From: Euglena gracilis
Lineage: Eukaryota
DNA: 64,000 nucleotides
Assembly (NCBI GenBank): GCA_039621445.1
Contig: CP154954.1
Location: forward strand, 27,516,123 to 27,580,122
Direction: 5' to 3'
This document shows, in pieces, positions 1 through 13,879 of the stretch. The notes beneath the pieces were generated by a model. That model saw nothing but the letters and a program-made list of their open reading frames with translations. It made no database searches and was not told where the DNA came from. The translations under genes and the position numbers were made by a program. How positions within the stretch are numbered: position 1 is the first letter of the stretch; each line of letters begins with the position of its first letter.

Positions 1-86
1 CGTCATCTGTTTGACAACCGGATTGTATGGCCCCACAACGACGCCAACCCCAGGGCGTCGTTGTGGGGCCATACAATGGGGAAGAG

Positions 87-463
87 GGGTCCACTCAGCC
101 AGCAGCTTTTTCCCAGCCCCGGACCCCTCTCCCCAACGTCCACGAGTTTCAATTGTTGTCCAGCTGCAGGAAGGGCGGCCGGACCGTAACAGATTTTTGG
201 TTTTCTGGGGGTGCAAAGATGGGCCAAAGATGGGCGAAATTGGGTCGGATTTTGGGCTGCCCAGGGCAAATTTCAAAAAACTGAGTTTTTTTTGCATAAC
301 TGGCAGATTTTTTTGAAGTTTTTGAAGTTTCGCTTTTTTTTTGCCACCCGGTTCGACCCTAACTGTGACTCAGTTCCAGCTGGGGGGCCCCTGTGGGGGG
401 GGGGGGTCAGCCAGCAGCCTTTTTCCAGCCAGCCCAAATTGTCCAGCCTTTGAGCTGGACCCC
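87..463. mobile_element. Dispersed MITE-like repeat family (GGGGTCCA..TGGACCCC ends; internal CAGCCAGCAGCCTTTTTCCAGC motif); related copies ~9430-9780 and ~14571-14965
   Basis: The same motifs and order recur at three loci, with short inverted termini. No clean TSD seen. Confidence 0.6.
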
Positions 464-504
464 CGCGTTGCCAAGCGACGCCCTGTCCAACGATGCCTCG
501 CCAC

Positions 505-3500
505 AGGGGGGTTCGCCCAGTTCCTCGCCGCGGTGTGGGAGCAACAGCAGCTGGTGGCCCAGGGCCGCAGCCCGGCAGTCCTCCTGGCCCCCGGCCACGC
601 CATTGCCTGGTCGGCGGGCCAAAGTGGCAGCACACCGGGAGAACGCACCAAATTCTGGCCGACACACCTTCAGGCCGCCCACGCATTGGGCTCCATTTGT
701 GTGTGGCAGTTGGTTGGTGGAATGCATTCAAACAAAAACGACAGGTGTCTCCCAGCATGCCCTCCCCAACGTCACATCCACCCGAAGCAGGCTGAATGAA
801 TTCACGCTTTCTCCTCGCCACAGTAATTGGCTTTCCCCCTGACGCACGGGTGCCATCGGAAAACCGCTTTGACATTTTGGTTCATGCAGCAGTTGCCTGT
901 GGTCTGAACTCAATCAGGAATTCTGTCAGGCAATTGTATGTCTGCGGAACGCTGCACACAATCGGGTTATGGACCGAGCAGTCTTTTCCCCATTCCTCTT
1001 CATTTCAACACATTTCTTCTTTTCAATTTTTGTGCAGTTGGTGTAATCCACCTACACACAGGGTTCGATATAAGGAGGGCGTACATGGTTTAGGTGGGGG
1101 GTGTCCCCCCCCACCCCCCCCTCCTGGCCTGGAGGGGGGGGCCTGGATCCCCGCCCCCCCCCCACTTGCCAGGGGGGTCCGGACCGGCCCCGGGGGGGGG
1201 GGGGGGTACCCGGGACCCCCCCAAAAAGGGTCAATTTTTTCCTCCGGCGCTTCGCGCCGGAGTTTTTGGTACTTTCTGCCATTGACCTGCTGAAAAACAT
1301 ATGTGCTGCTTGCGCTTTGATTTCGCTGGATGTCAAATTTTTGGCCCGGCGCTTTGCGCCGGGCCGAAAATCGGTCACCCGGACCGCGCCACTGTTTAGG
1401 TGGGGGGGGGGTGTCCCCCCCCTCCTGGCCCGCAGGGGGGGGGGGGTGTCCGGACCCCCCCACCTGTCCTTATATCGAACCCTGCCTCCACATCATTTGG
1501 TCCTCCGGGGCTAACTTACAGCAAGCCTCCACGCCCAGATTTTTTCCACAAGGGAAATTTTTTGGGGGGTGCATTTTTTCCTTTCCTCCAAAGTGAATGA
1601 GCGAATTCTGGGATGAGCACCCGCCATTGCCGTTAGTCGAAATTTGCGAGTGGAAATTAGTGGTCCAAGTTTGCCAGGGGAGGGGGCTGCTAGTTGGGCA
1701 AGATAATGGAGTTTTTTCCCCAGTTGGGGGGACCCCGAGACCCCGCAGGGAGGAGGGGGGGGGTCTAGCTAGCGGCTTTTTTCTTGTGGCCGGTGAAATG
1801 GCTACGTAGTGGACCCCCTGGGGTCTTTGAGCAAAGCCTGATGAGCACAAAAGCTGCCTGCACGGCCAGGTTCGCCCCCCAAATGCGTTACAGTGCAGTC
1901 TTTGTTGCTTTTTTGTTTGTCTTTGTGCCCTCCGACTCTTTGTTCCCTGACACGCACGCCTCGGCCCAGTGAGACACGGGAACGCCGCCCGTTCCCAAAG
2001 GACCGCTCGCCGCCGCGCTGCTTCGCCCTGCTGCAGCCCGCGGTGGCCCGGGTTGGCCGGTTCGACCCCAACTTCTACCCGGCATCCCAGGAGGGCCCCG
2101 GCCAGACCGTGTTTGCCCCCTGCCCCCCCCCCCCAACCTTCCCCGGGCCATGAGCACAGCGCCCCCCGCCCCGGCCCCCCCAGAAGGTCGCCCGCGGCCT
2201 GGGGCGGACTACTTGGTGCGCCTCAGCCGCGCCGGGCTGTGGCTGCGGACGGTCCCCGCCGTCCGGCTCCTCCCCGACGAGGAGGGCCCCAGCTGGTCGT
2301 TGGCCACCCCCGGTGTGTCCCCCCCCCAGCGGGGCTGCGTGAGGCGGCGTCATTGGAAGGTTGCTCAAGAATCTGTTCCCCTGCCCACACCCCCCGATGG
2401 CCCCACAAATGCCAGGCTGATGAGCTTTCATATAGCTTGCTTGGCTTTCGAAGAGCACAGGTTTGCACGACACATCTGAAGCGGAACGAAGCCATTGGTG
2501 ACCAAAGAAGGGGTTTCCGCGCATGAGGGGTGGGCGAAGCGGCCGTTCAGTGTCGATGGCAAGGGTGCCTCAGCCCTTTCCAGGCCAAACAAGGAGGGAG
2601 AAATAAATGGCAGCCCGAAACTACTGCCCCCCCCCCCCGGGGGCCCAGTACTTAATCCGGGGGGGGGGTAGTCAGACCCCCCCCGCCTGAAAGAAGGTGG
2701 ACCCCCCCGGGGTAAAGAAGAGGGACCCCCCCCCTCCTGCCCCGTTCCTCCGGGCAGGGGTTTTCCGTTTCCCCCCGCCCCCCCCCCACCCTGCCCTGTC
2801 TGTCCTGTCCGTCTGTCGGTCTTTTTTCCATCCGTCTGTCTGCCCCCCTGCTGCTCGCCCCGCCGGTTTCCCCCCGCGCACGACCCCGCGGTTGCCCGTG
2901 GGCAGGGCTGGATAGAGGTAAAGGGATAGAGGTAGAGGTAGAGGTGGAGGCCAGATAGGGGTGGAGGACTTTGACCTCTACCTCTCCCTCTATCCAGCCC
3001 TGCAGTGGGGCCATCCACCCGCGCGCGTCGCCGCCGCCCAGCGACCCCAGAAGAAAGGCGTGGGGCGACCAACACTAACGGATTCCCCCGGCCCCCCCGC
3101 GCGACAGCAGACAGGGGAGGGTAAAAGAAGATGGACCGGGGGGTTAACGAAGATGACCCCCCCCCCCCAGATTAAGTTCTGGGCCCCCCCAGGGGGGCCC
3201 AGTAGTTTCGGGCTGCCAAATAAATAAGCTCTGGCCGTGATTTTCTTTGATCAGGAGCTGACCCCCGAACATGGAATGGGAGGGCCATGGCATCGGCTGA
3301 GCAGTGGCATCGTTGCACTCCTCCCTCAAACCCTGCTGGAAACATTTCAAGGCGGGTTGCCTGCCCGAAAGAGGCGGCGTCCAGGGCGGACTCCGACCAC
3401 CACCACCAGTTTGCCTTCTTTGTCCCCGGGCACCCCCTTCCTCTCCTCAGCGGCGCGGCAGCACGCGGCGCGGCAGCAAGGGGGGCGGCCGTACTTCGCC

Positions 3501-5784
3501 CTGAAGTGGGGCCAGGCGGACACGGTCGGCGTGTTTGACGTGGCGGGTCACTGGAACCAGACCTGCGGACCAGCCGGGGACTGCGCGCCGGCCCTGCCAG
3601 TATTGTACCAATGTGCCGGGGGCCCTCTGGTTGCTGTGTTTTCTTCTCTTGTGTGCACCTGCTTCTGTGTGGTGCTGTTGTTCCTGTTAGTCATGTCCGT
3701 ATGTGTGTGTGTGTGTGTTTGCAGGTTGGACGTGTCCCAATGTGCCGTGTGTGGGCCAGTCCTGCCGCATACCATTCTTTTGCTCACTCTCTTTCACGTA
3801 TTGGCAGGAGCATGGGAGACCACGACAGCATTTTGCCATCCCCCCCCCGGGTGTGGTGGGCGTCGTGGGGGAGAGAGGGGCCTCGGGGCTCATCCCTTCA
3901 ACGACCCGGAGCTGCCCCTCTCCTTCGCCCCGGCGGACCCGGCCCTGCGCCGCTGCGTCCTGCACGGCGGGCAGCAGCCGTGCCGGTTCGACCGGCAGCT
4001 GCTGCCCCGCCCGTGCCAAGGGGGTGCTTCACCGGTTCAAATTCGTGCATGCAACCCCCAATGCATATGGTCACCTGGTCCTGTAAGAAGCGGTCATTTG
4101 TCATTTGTCCCTGAAGCTGGAAACCGGTTGTGGGTTCCCATTATGTTCCCCGGGATAGGTATTCGAGTGCGTCGGCCGGATTAGTGTCTACGGGTGTGAA
4201 AAAACATGCGGATGTCATAAAGCCTGCAAATTTTGAAGGAGTCTGGATGGGTGCTCTGGGACCCCAAATGTGGGAACCCCTGGGTACGGTAGCCCCTCTC
4301 CGTGTCATGAGTATGTGGTATGTTTGGGTGCAGTGTGTGTGTGTGTGTGCATATGTGTGTGTGTTGTGTTGTGTTGTGTTGTGTTGTGTTGTGTTGTGTT
4401 GTGTTGTGTTGTGTTGTGTTGTGTTGTGTTGTATTGTGTTGTGTTGTGTTATGTCTGTGTGTGCGAACGCTCCTCCTTCTCAGCTGAAACATGCCCTTGC
4501 CTCTGGCTACTACCACAGGGTTCATTTAACACATCGCGCTGGATGGAAGAACCTGGTTTGCTCCTTCCTCTCCCCGGTTCCCCAAGTCAGAAATCGAACC
4601 AACAGAAATGGTTGCAGTAACTTGGCCTTCCATTCTGCACAAATTGTCGCCATCGTGCGGAATATTTGAGGAAAAGAGTAGTAGGTAGAGGGGGGCAATC
4701 ACAAGCAAAGGAATTCTATTTGATTGCACATTGGATTTTATCGCTCCTGAAAAAAATGCCCGAATGAGAAGGAGCGATGAACCAGATTTTTTTTTCCAGG
4801 AAGGGGGGCAAGGCAGGCAGGCAGGGGGGGGGGGGGCTCCCAGGGTCAGGTCTTGGTGGGCAGTGCCGCAGCATTACCCGCTGCACTTGCTGCACAGCAC
4901 CTCCCTCCCAGCCGACGGCACTGGGGGCCCGAAAAAAAATGACTGTTTCAGCTGGGTCGGCCCCAGCCAGGACAAAAAGCCAATCCCTCATTCCGGAAGG
5001 GGGCTCTGGGCGGGCTTGCCATTGGAGGAGGTGACCAAGGTTTTAAGAAGAAGAAGCCAGGCTTGGATTTTTTTGTGATTCTCTTAATCAGCATTCCCTC
5101 TTTTTTCACCCCGTGTTTTTTTCAAACCACAATGGACCGTTCAATCAACATGGACAAAGGCCCGCCCGCATCCCCAGGGTATTGAGGAATAAGTGTTCTG
5201 CTAAATTATTGGAAAGTTTAAGCATCAAGACAAAGATGGACAGCTCTTTCAGACCGCCAAACCATTTTGACAAATGAAGGTTTCCAGGATTCCACAGGCG
5301 TGCTGTGAAAGAGGCGGAAGGCTCTTTCTCTCCCCAGACGAGCCGCCCAAGAAGTTCGTCTACCTGATCCAGGGCCCCAAGGTGCAGCCCATGCACCCCC
5401 CGATCTCCCCCAGCCCTCAGCGCGACATCATTTGGCTGACGTACGCCGACCGGTCCGGGGACATCTACCTGCCCAAGTCCACCTGGACGCAGGCGTGGCC
5501 CCTGTATGGGGATTGTGGTAATCCAAGGGGGAGTCCTGCACCTTCCCTGACCTTGGGGGGGGGGGCAGTGTTTGCTGCTCTGGGGATGCAGCAGAGCATC
5601 TGGGTCTGTTTCAGCATTACTGTTCAACAGAATCATTTCACCTGTGACCCCCCCCCCCAAACGACCGCCCTGGAGGTTTGCAGCAACCCCCACCCCAAAA
5701 GACCCGAGGCTTAGGTAGGGTGGGAATCGGTTTGTGTGCGCATGCACCCATGTGTGTGTGTGTGTGTGTGTGTGCGTGCGTGTG

Positions 5785-5844
<60 letters not shown>

Positions 5845-8800
5845 TACGTGTGTGTGTGTGTGTGTGTGTATGTGTGTGCGCGCGCGCGCGTGCGTGCGTG
5901 CTGCGTGCGTGCGTGCGTGCGTGCGCGCGCGCGCGGCGCGCGCGCGTGTGTGTGTGTTCCTTTCCCATTTGGTGCAGGGCCGGAACCGGCTGTTGGACGA
6001 GGCCATGCGGCGGTCGGTGCGGATGCCGCAGGGGGGCTACCTCTACTACGTCTTCATGGACTACGACGTCATCATCAACCTGCGCCAGGACCGGGAGCTG
6101 TGGTACCGCTCCACCCAGCCCCGCTCGTCCCCCGCCTGTCAGGTTTTTTTGGGGGCTTGTCGCTGGAGGTGCTGGTACCGGGGACACGCCCCCACAAAAT
6201 GCCGCCATTTTAAACCCTGCCCCCCCCCCCCGGATTTTGGAAGGGTTTATGTCAAATCCTGCCCAGCTGCCTCCCCCCCTTGTCCTTGACACGCCTTGTC
6301 CATGACACACCTGTGCCAACCGCACTTTTCCTGACCTCAAAATGTTTTATAGGCGTTTAGTGCGCATGACACAGCGTGTCCATTTCACACCCCCCGTGTC
6401 AATCGCACTTTCCCCGTTCTTTGGCGAATGGGCACCCGGCCATTTTTGGGTGATCAGCACTCTCCCTCGGACCGCTTGGGGGTGGGGAAGATCAGTGCTG
6501 GGGCCGACCTCCCGGACGACGTGTACGAGCGGTTCGAGATGTTCCTCACCGACTGGGAGCCCGCAGTGGGGACGGTGCCCGAAGGAGCGCCACCCAAGGG
6601 CAGCCTCTGTTGGCCCCAGCAAATTTGGTAGCCGGACATTTCGCCGGTGGAGCCTCCATGGACATTTGGAGCCTCCGTGCAGTCTCGTGAACTTCCTCCA
6701 GGCCTCAAATATTGTTCAGAACCTATGCGTTTTTTTTTGTGATTTCCCAACGGGGAGTATTTTTTGGATATTGAACGGTATTTGGTTCGGGTTTCATTGA
6801 GCCCTTCCCCCATGGCCGTCTGTTACGCCTGTGCAGGGTACTCAGCAAGCCCAAAGGGTCGCCCCATCCGGCTAAAAATATGGGGGGAATCCGCAAGTTA
6901 TGAGGATCCCCACAAGTTGATTGACTCTTTGGGTTATCTGGCAAAACCCACAGGGGGTGATTTTTCACAAGTAGAGTGAAATACATTTTTTTATTATTAT
7001 CATCCTGTGATGAATACCGAGGCTTCGTGAAAACTCCATTGAGCCTGGGTACCTGCAGCCTCCGCACAACAGGGTGGGTAATGGAGCTTCCGCAGGGCCT
7101 GCTGGAGCCTCCTCTTCATCCACCGCAAAAGCTGTGCGGAAACTTCTTGTCTGATGCAGAATGGCATGCGTATGTATCTATTTTTGTATGTTGTATGAGC
7201 TTGTGTGCGCCTGCGGTTGGCCAAGGTCGGTACTTGGTTGGTGTCACTTCTGGTGTGGCATTGGGGGTGGGGGCATTGGAGAGTGGACAGCCCACAAAGC
7301 AACTGGACCCTGATCTTTTCCTGGAACATTTTTGTATGAGGGAGCAGAGCTGACAGGGCCCTCCTTCGCCTGTGGCATTTCGCTGGACCCTTGCAGACCG
7401 CACCACAGTCCCATCCATCATAACAACGACGCGCTGTTCTCTGGTGTGTCTGTATTTGCATGTGTTTGCAGTGGATTTCTCTGCTGAAAAGCACGCTGCC
7501 CAGGGTTTGATGTCAAGAGGGTGTCACAGTTAGAGGTGGAGCTCCCCTCCCTCCTTGACCCCCCATACCTCCCAAGGAGGTTCCAGCCCAGGACCTCCCC
7601 CAAACAGGTCGAAAATTTCCTTCCATGAGTTTTGTGCTGAAATCGTTGGGCAAAATTTGTCAAGTTTTTGCCCCCCAAAAGTGCCTAAAATGGCATTTTG
7701 GGTCGACTTTGGGAGGCAAAATTTTTTGGCCCGCAGCTTCCCACCAGGCCAAAATGGCCCTCTTCCTGTGTTTAGGTGGGAGTGTCCCCCTTGGGGTTGG
7801 CACGGGTGGGGGGTCCGGACCCCCCACCTGCCATTGTATCGAGCCCTGCTGTGCCCCCCTTCTCCTTTTCCTCAATGTTTCATCCATGGTAATGAAACAA
7901 CTTGTCTCTGAGATTAAAGCTGTCATTCAGGTTTTCAGGTGGTCTTCGAGGAGATGCCCCCCACCCACATTATCATTGCGCTTCCATTCCCATACGCCCC
8001 CACGCAGCCCACCACCGGGAAACACTCTCCTTTGGCCTGCCGTACATCGGCGACCTGGCCCAGGCTGCGATCGGAGACGGGCAGCAAAGTTAGGGCTTGC
8101 CCGGCTGAATTGTATCCTTGCTGCCATCCCATCCCATCCCCCGACCCACACCGTCGTCCTGCCATCAACTTGCCCGAGTCTCTCTCTGAAAGGCAGTCAA
8201 ATGAGCCCCTTTCCAGACCAGGATTCTGCTTGGGGTTAGTAGTACCCCCCGGGGGGAGGGGCTTGACTGCACCCCCCCCCCCAATACAAGCAACCCCCTG
8301 CTACCAGAAACCTCCAAATTTAAGCAACTCTTTGGCCGATTTTCGGCCGACACCCAAATATAAGCAACCCCCAAATATCAGCAACCCCTGCCCGGATGAT
8401 ATGAAGGTGGTTTAAATCAAAACAGCAAAAAAAAAGCACGGCACAGATCAGCAAATTTTAAATTTATGCAACCCCCAAATGAAAGCAACCCCTGGAGCTG
8501 ATCTCGTAAACCCAAATATAAGCAACCGGTTGCTCACATTTGGGGGAGGGGTTGCTCCAAAGTTTTCCAGGGAATCCAACTGCCCCCCCCCCCGGGGGGG
8601 CTGGCTTGTGAAAAATTGTTCCAGACCGGCACAAAGCGCTGAAAAATTTTATGGACCCCCAGAACCTGCCGAAGATGCCCATTTTTGGCAATTTTTGGGA
8701 TTCTTGTGGAACAGAATCATGCAAACACATTAAAACCCTCGTTTCCGCCTCGGCGCGCAGCGCTGGGCGATTTTTTCCCATTGGGGGACCCCGGAACCCC

Positions 8801-10925
8801 TCCCGGGGGGGGGGGGGGGGGGGGCCAGGGGTTTTTTTCAAGTGGCTGGTAAAATGCTTGGCTACTGCGCCATTTTGATACCAGCCAACGGCCCTGTCCA
8901 TCGCGGCCTACGGGGGACTGCTACTCGTGGTACTACTCCCAGCACATCATGAACTCCCTCAACGCCATGCTGCACAACACGCACCGGGTGCAGTTTAACG
9001 CGATGGAGGCCCACAATGCCGAGCACGCCGCCTATGTCCGGGAAATGATGTATCCACTCCCCCCATGTCTTGTCGTGTGGTGCCGCTGGATGGTGGGTGA
9101 GAGACACAAAGAAATGTTTGTCGCTGAGCTTCCTCATCAGAAATCCTTGTCGAATCACCAGTTTTAAGCTTTGCTGTAGCCAATCACAACGATCTTTGCA
9201 CACACATGCACCGCTGTCCCCGTTCTCCGTCACAGGTGGTTGCGGCCGTCCTGCTTCGCCCTCACCAGCACCCTTCCCACATCCCCACTGCACAACACGC
9301 TGACAGTCGACCCCAACCCGCTGCGGATCCCACCGCCAGCTTGATTGCGGGGCGTTGTGGAGGGGGTGTGGGCAGTCGGGTCGGGGTACAGGGGTTGCTC
9401 AAGAAGATTTGACCCCCCCCCCCCCAGGCGGGTCCAGTCAGCCAGCAGCCTTTTTCCAGCCACGGATCTCCCATTTGAACGAGTTATGCATTTATTTCCA
9501 GCCGCCCTTTGGGCGGCCGGACGGTATCGGCTAACAGGGGTGCAAACGTTGACCGAAAAATGGGCCGAGAATGGGCAAAAATGGGTCGGAAAAGGTGGTT
9601 AGGGCAAGTTCGGGCCAAAGCATCGATTTTTTTTAACATAATTGGCAGTTTTTTGGACATTTTTGCAGTTTCGTTTTTTGGTGCCCGGTTCAACCGCGGG
9701 CCGGGCCCAGTTCCACCCGGGTGACCCTGTGGTGGGTCAGCCAGCAGCCTTTTTCCAGCCTGCCCAAGTTTTCCACATTGATGCATTTTACATTGGTGGC
9801 GCCAGTCTTTTGAGGGGGGCCACCTGCTTGTCTTGATTCATTGCTGAGCGAAATGGCCGGTGGGGGCCACCGTGCCGTTCCCCCTCTCATGTGTGCGGTG
9901 GCCGCCGCCCCCCGTCGTTCACCTCGGGGGAGCCGGCGCGGCGGGACGGCGCCTCCTACGTGGTGCCCCTCGCCTTCCTGCGGCGGCACTTCAACGCGTC
10001 GCACTCCATCGTCCGGCGGGCGCTAGCGTTTCGGTGCGCTGTGCCCGCTGCGATGGCCCGAACCCAGGCATGCGCATGCTGCCGTCCAGGCAAATTGTCC
10101 GGACACTGCATCAGAACATCCACAGAGACTAGAGAGAGAATTAAGTCATGAATGAGTCAAGTCACCCCCCGGGCATGAGTGTCATGAACCATTTTCAGAA
10201 GAAGCATGACTGCCTACATGCTTTTCGCACCAGACCACCGGTGCCCCTCTGGGCCAGCCCGCTGTGCCGTGCTCAGGCAGCGCCGGCTGGTGCAGCACGT
10301 CCTCAGCGCGGCGCAGCACTTCTCCCCGGGGGAGTACACCCCGGACCACCGCACCTGTGCCCAGGCAAGGGAGCCATCAATGTTGCAATGGGGCCAACGC
10401 CCCGCAGTGGCTTCCTTGCAAGAGCAGCATGTTCGAGTTGGCAGCATACCATCACTTAGTCGCTGGCCGACCCCCTGGGGTGCGCGGTGTTTTTTTTTCC
10501 AGTGAGTGACGGACTGTTTTTTTTTTAATATGGCCTGACCCCCCCCCCCCCAAAGAGGGAGGTTTGCAAACAAGCGCTCAAGCGACCCAGCGCTGGCGCT
10601 GAAGGTGCCAGAGAAAATTTTGGTTTTTTTTTAACGTTTGTGGTCCATTTTCCCTTGGATTCCAGTGGCCGACCCCCCACCCCGGGGTGGTGACTGACTG
10701 GTTTTTGGAAGAGTGGAAATGACCCCACTCCACCCCCCAGGTGGTTGGTTACAGTTGTGTTGTTGGCAGCCGGGCATCCAGCCAGACAGTCAGACGAGGG
10801 AAAGGGCGGTTCGGGGTGAGGCGTCCAGGCCCGGGCCTGCCCGCACCGCTGCCGGGCCGCTGGACCGCCGGTGCTTCAGCGAGGCCTGCCCCCCGGCGCT
10901 GCTGATCAGCTGCCCCGCCGCCTGA
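505..10925 (+). CDS. Multi-exon host gene (5' end probably outside window); uncharacterised protein with a GT-A-like (glycosyltransferase-type) C-terminal region
   Basis: GC3-rich exons join in frame: ...[20 protein letters not shown]...[11 protein letters not shown]...[25 protein letters not shown]...[38 protein letters not shown]...[15 protein letters not shown]...CPAA* (stop 10923-10925). There is a DxD-like motif after a hydrophobic strand. Function is an inference. Confidence 0.7.
1059..1484. mobile_element. hAT-type MITE (diverged relative at ~7501-7848)
   Basis: Perfect 18-bp TIR CAGGGTTCGATATAAGGA/TCCTTATATCGAACCCTG; 8-bp TSD cctacaca/cctccaca. Confidence 0.85.
2609..3217. mobile_element. 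MITE
   Basis: 18-bp TIR GGCAGCCCGAAACTACTG/CAGTAGTTTCGGGCTGCC; perfect 8-bp TSD aaataaat. Confidence 0.85.
4355..4450. repeat. (GTGTT)n microsatellite
   Basis: Direct reading; a second longer tract lies at ~15760-15930. Confidence 0.95.
5493..5977 (+). other. GC-AG spliceosomal-type intron
   Basis: acgcag|GCgtgg ... ggtgcAG|ggccgg joins TWTQ|GRNRL in frame. Confidence 0.7.
5750..5957. repeat. (TG)n/(TGCG)n/(CG)n microsatellite
   Basis: Direct reading. Confidence 0.95.
6113..6505 (+). other. Non-conventional (euglenid-type) intron
   Basis: accCAGc ... gCTGgggcc; CAG at +4, CTG at -8; joins WYRS|DLPDD in frame. Confidence 0.75.
8058..8915 (+). other. Non-conventional intron
   Basis: gccCAGGCTGCGAT pairs with ATCGCGGCCTAcgggg; joins [16 protein letters not shown] in frame. 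Confidence 0.75.
10359..10844 (+). other. Non-conventional intron
   Basis: gccCAGGC ... GCCTGcccgc; joins DHRTC|TAAGPL, the last exon ending at the stop. Confidence 0.75.
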
Positions 10926-11933
10926 CCCGCCGCGCGCCACCGGGGCCACCTCCGTTCAGTGCCGCTGCCCCCTGCACCCCAGTGCCACCTCGCGAGTGCA
11001 TTCCCTGAACTTGGCCTTTTTGTGTTGTCCGTCAGAGCCGCAGAAAGAAACGCCGGGCTCCTTAAGGGGCGGTGGTAAGGTAGGGTACAGCTGTCGGTCG
11101 TGGCCAGGCTGTTGTTTGAGGGTTCGCAGCACCCCCGGGGGGGGGGGGGCTGGACTGCTGGTTGTCCAAGTTTTTTGGCTAGTGGAAATATTTGTGGGCC
11201 CCCCTACTGGGGGGGGGGGTTGTTGCTAGTGGTTTGTTCCAGTGTCTAGCAAAATGGCTGGCCAGTGGACCCCCTGTTGCTGGCCTATCGAGTTCCCTGG
11301 AAGTTCAGCCCTTCCTGCTTTGCCCCTCCAAAGCAGGGGGGAAAACACAAATGCGAATTTTTTGCATTTTTTGCGTTTTTTGATTTTGGCAAAATTTTCG
11401 TTTTTTTTTTTTTGCGCTTTGTGTGTGTGTGTGTTTTTGGCGATTTTTGGATTTTTGTTGGAAAATTTTTGACAATGAAAAACGTCTTCGTTTTGGCCCC
11501 GATTTTCTCCGAAAGCCAGAAATTTTGTCAATTTTTTTGTCACTTTTGCATTTTTGGTCAACAAAATGCCTTATGTTATTAAAATGAAAAATTATCCCCA
11601 GCATGGCCAAATTTTTTTTAATTCCTCTCCAGTGGAAAAAAATTGTACATCCCGGGGGAGCTCCTAAAGATTTTATATGCAATTTGTTTTTATTTGATTT
11701 TATATGCAAATGGGGTTGCGCTTGTAGCGGACCGCCGCCTTCGGTGGCAGGGGGTGTGCTTTTATTTGGACCGTGCGCTTTGTAGCAGCCCCACACTTCC
11801 ATTAAGGGGGGATTTTCAGAGGGACGGGAATACAGTTAACTGGACCCCCTCATCGACTTGTCACCGTTCGCAGGGCCCCTGTGTGCCTGCCCAGCCCGGA
11901 ATTGCGGTTGCCTGTGCTTCCAGCGCCTCAGCT

Positions 11934-13837
11934 ATGCAGGCGTACTCCTGTCAGCCTTGCAACGTTGCCTTCGCCACGGAGCAAGGTGTGGCATTGTGTA
12001 CTTCTTCCCAATAGCCCGTTTAGAGAAATGCAGTCTGAGATCGCTCTTGGACAGGATGGACCCGACACCTTGCCTCCGGCCAACGCCATTTCGAGACCTC
12101 GGTTCACCCTGATGGCTCTGGCTTGTGGGAGCTCAAAACTCTGGGTCCCATAAAATTTGGAATCTTGCTGACGAACTGGCCTACTTCACAAAAGAGAAAC
12201 ACCAAATGTGTTTTTCTCCCACCAAATGTGCAGGTCAGTGTTCAAGCATCTACAAACCCTCCGGGCGAGATTGGAGAGGTGAAAATTGACACGTCGTTTT
12301 GTGGATCACAAGGATGTTTGACAGGCAGCGTAGGAAGCTGTGCACAAAGTGTTTTTTCAATTTAATACACAGTTTACCCATGCACCATGGCGTTCACTCA
12401 TGCACAATGGCATTTGGAAAGGGATGGGGTAAGGCCAACGTGCACACAAAAGGGTATGCGGGACAAAATGGGTGATGTGTTTGCCCATGGGCAACAGCAT
12501 ATAACCCTGGAAGCCTTGCCTTGCATGCGCAAAGGGGTTTTGTTTGGGGGAGTGGGGTGGGGGTGGGGGCCGCCCCCCCGCCACCAAAACAACTGGCAAC
12601 GTTCCTCCCCTGCTGCAAACATCATGAACTATTTTGAACTGTTATGCCGTCCCCTGTTTTGTGCCCCAGACATCAGTCCCAGCTCAATCCAAGCAGCACT
12701 CCACTGCACTCCTCATGCAAAATGGCCTGCCACAAAATGGATTCCCTGAGGTTCCGGGGAGCGTCCCCGGAGCCTGGTTCCTTGCGGCCGCAGGGAGCCT
12801 CCCCGCAGATCCCCGGTGCCTCCTCCGGTCACCACCTCGGCAGGATTCCATTTCCGCGGTGGACCTTGACACTGTCCCCGGCCTTTTGCATTGTGCCCAC
12901 CCCACCTGCCATCACCTCTACCCCAGGCTGGCAGCAGCACCTCCTCAGCGCGCAGCACCTGGCCGTGGTCCAGGCCCTGCTGGGTGTGCCCCTCCCCCCC
13001 CCCAGCCATTTTCCGGTGCAGCTGGCGGGGCCGCCGGTTTCCACTGCTTGCCACTGGTCTGCGGCCTGGTCTGGCCTGCCAGTGGTTGTCCCTCTCCACT
13101 CCCCTGGGCACAGGGCAGTCCAGAAGGGACGGGAGGGGTCTTCCTCTTAAGGACCCTACATAAAAAGTGTTCAAAAAATTCAAAAAATGAGCCTTTTTGG
13201 ATTTATTCTCACCGAAAAATCAGGGAGTTTTTGACCGATTTCGGCCTGGTATCCGGCCTTTACCAGCCCGCAAAACCGAAAAATTTCTGGGCCCTCTTCA
13301 GTATCGAGGTAGGAGGGGGGGGGGGTCCGACCCCCCCCCCCCCTCACCCCCCGTGTTGCCCCCTCTCCCCCTGTGTTGGGAGGGGTCCGGACCCCCCTCA
13401 AGGCTTCCCATCCATCCCTGGTCCCTGTGGATTTCTCATTGAACGTGCTGGGACGGGCCGTGTTTTTTTTTTTTTTTTTTTTTTTTTTGTTTTTTTTTTT
13501 TTTTTTCCCTTTCCTCGTGAAGGATCGCCCTGGCATCCGCAACCTGTCCCTTCTCCGCAGGGGGGAGCGTCGCCCCCATCTCGAGCATGCTGTACAGCGC
13601 CGGGGCGGCCAGGGGGCTTCCGGCGCCTCAAGGCCAGTGCTCTGGCAGAGATGGCCCGACCGGAAGAGGCGGCCCCCTGGGAAATGACAGATGCGTCCCA
13701 GTACCAGTTGCAGCAACAGCAGCAGCAGCAACTTCAGCAGATTCAGCTGCACCAGCAGCAGCAAGAGTTGTTGCATCAGCAGAGGTGCACGCACGTGCGG
13801 GCGCGGGCGTGTGTGTGCGTTGTGTGTGTGTGGGTAT

Positions 13838-13879
<42 letters not shown>

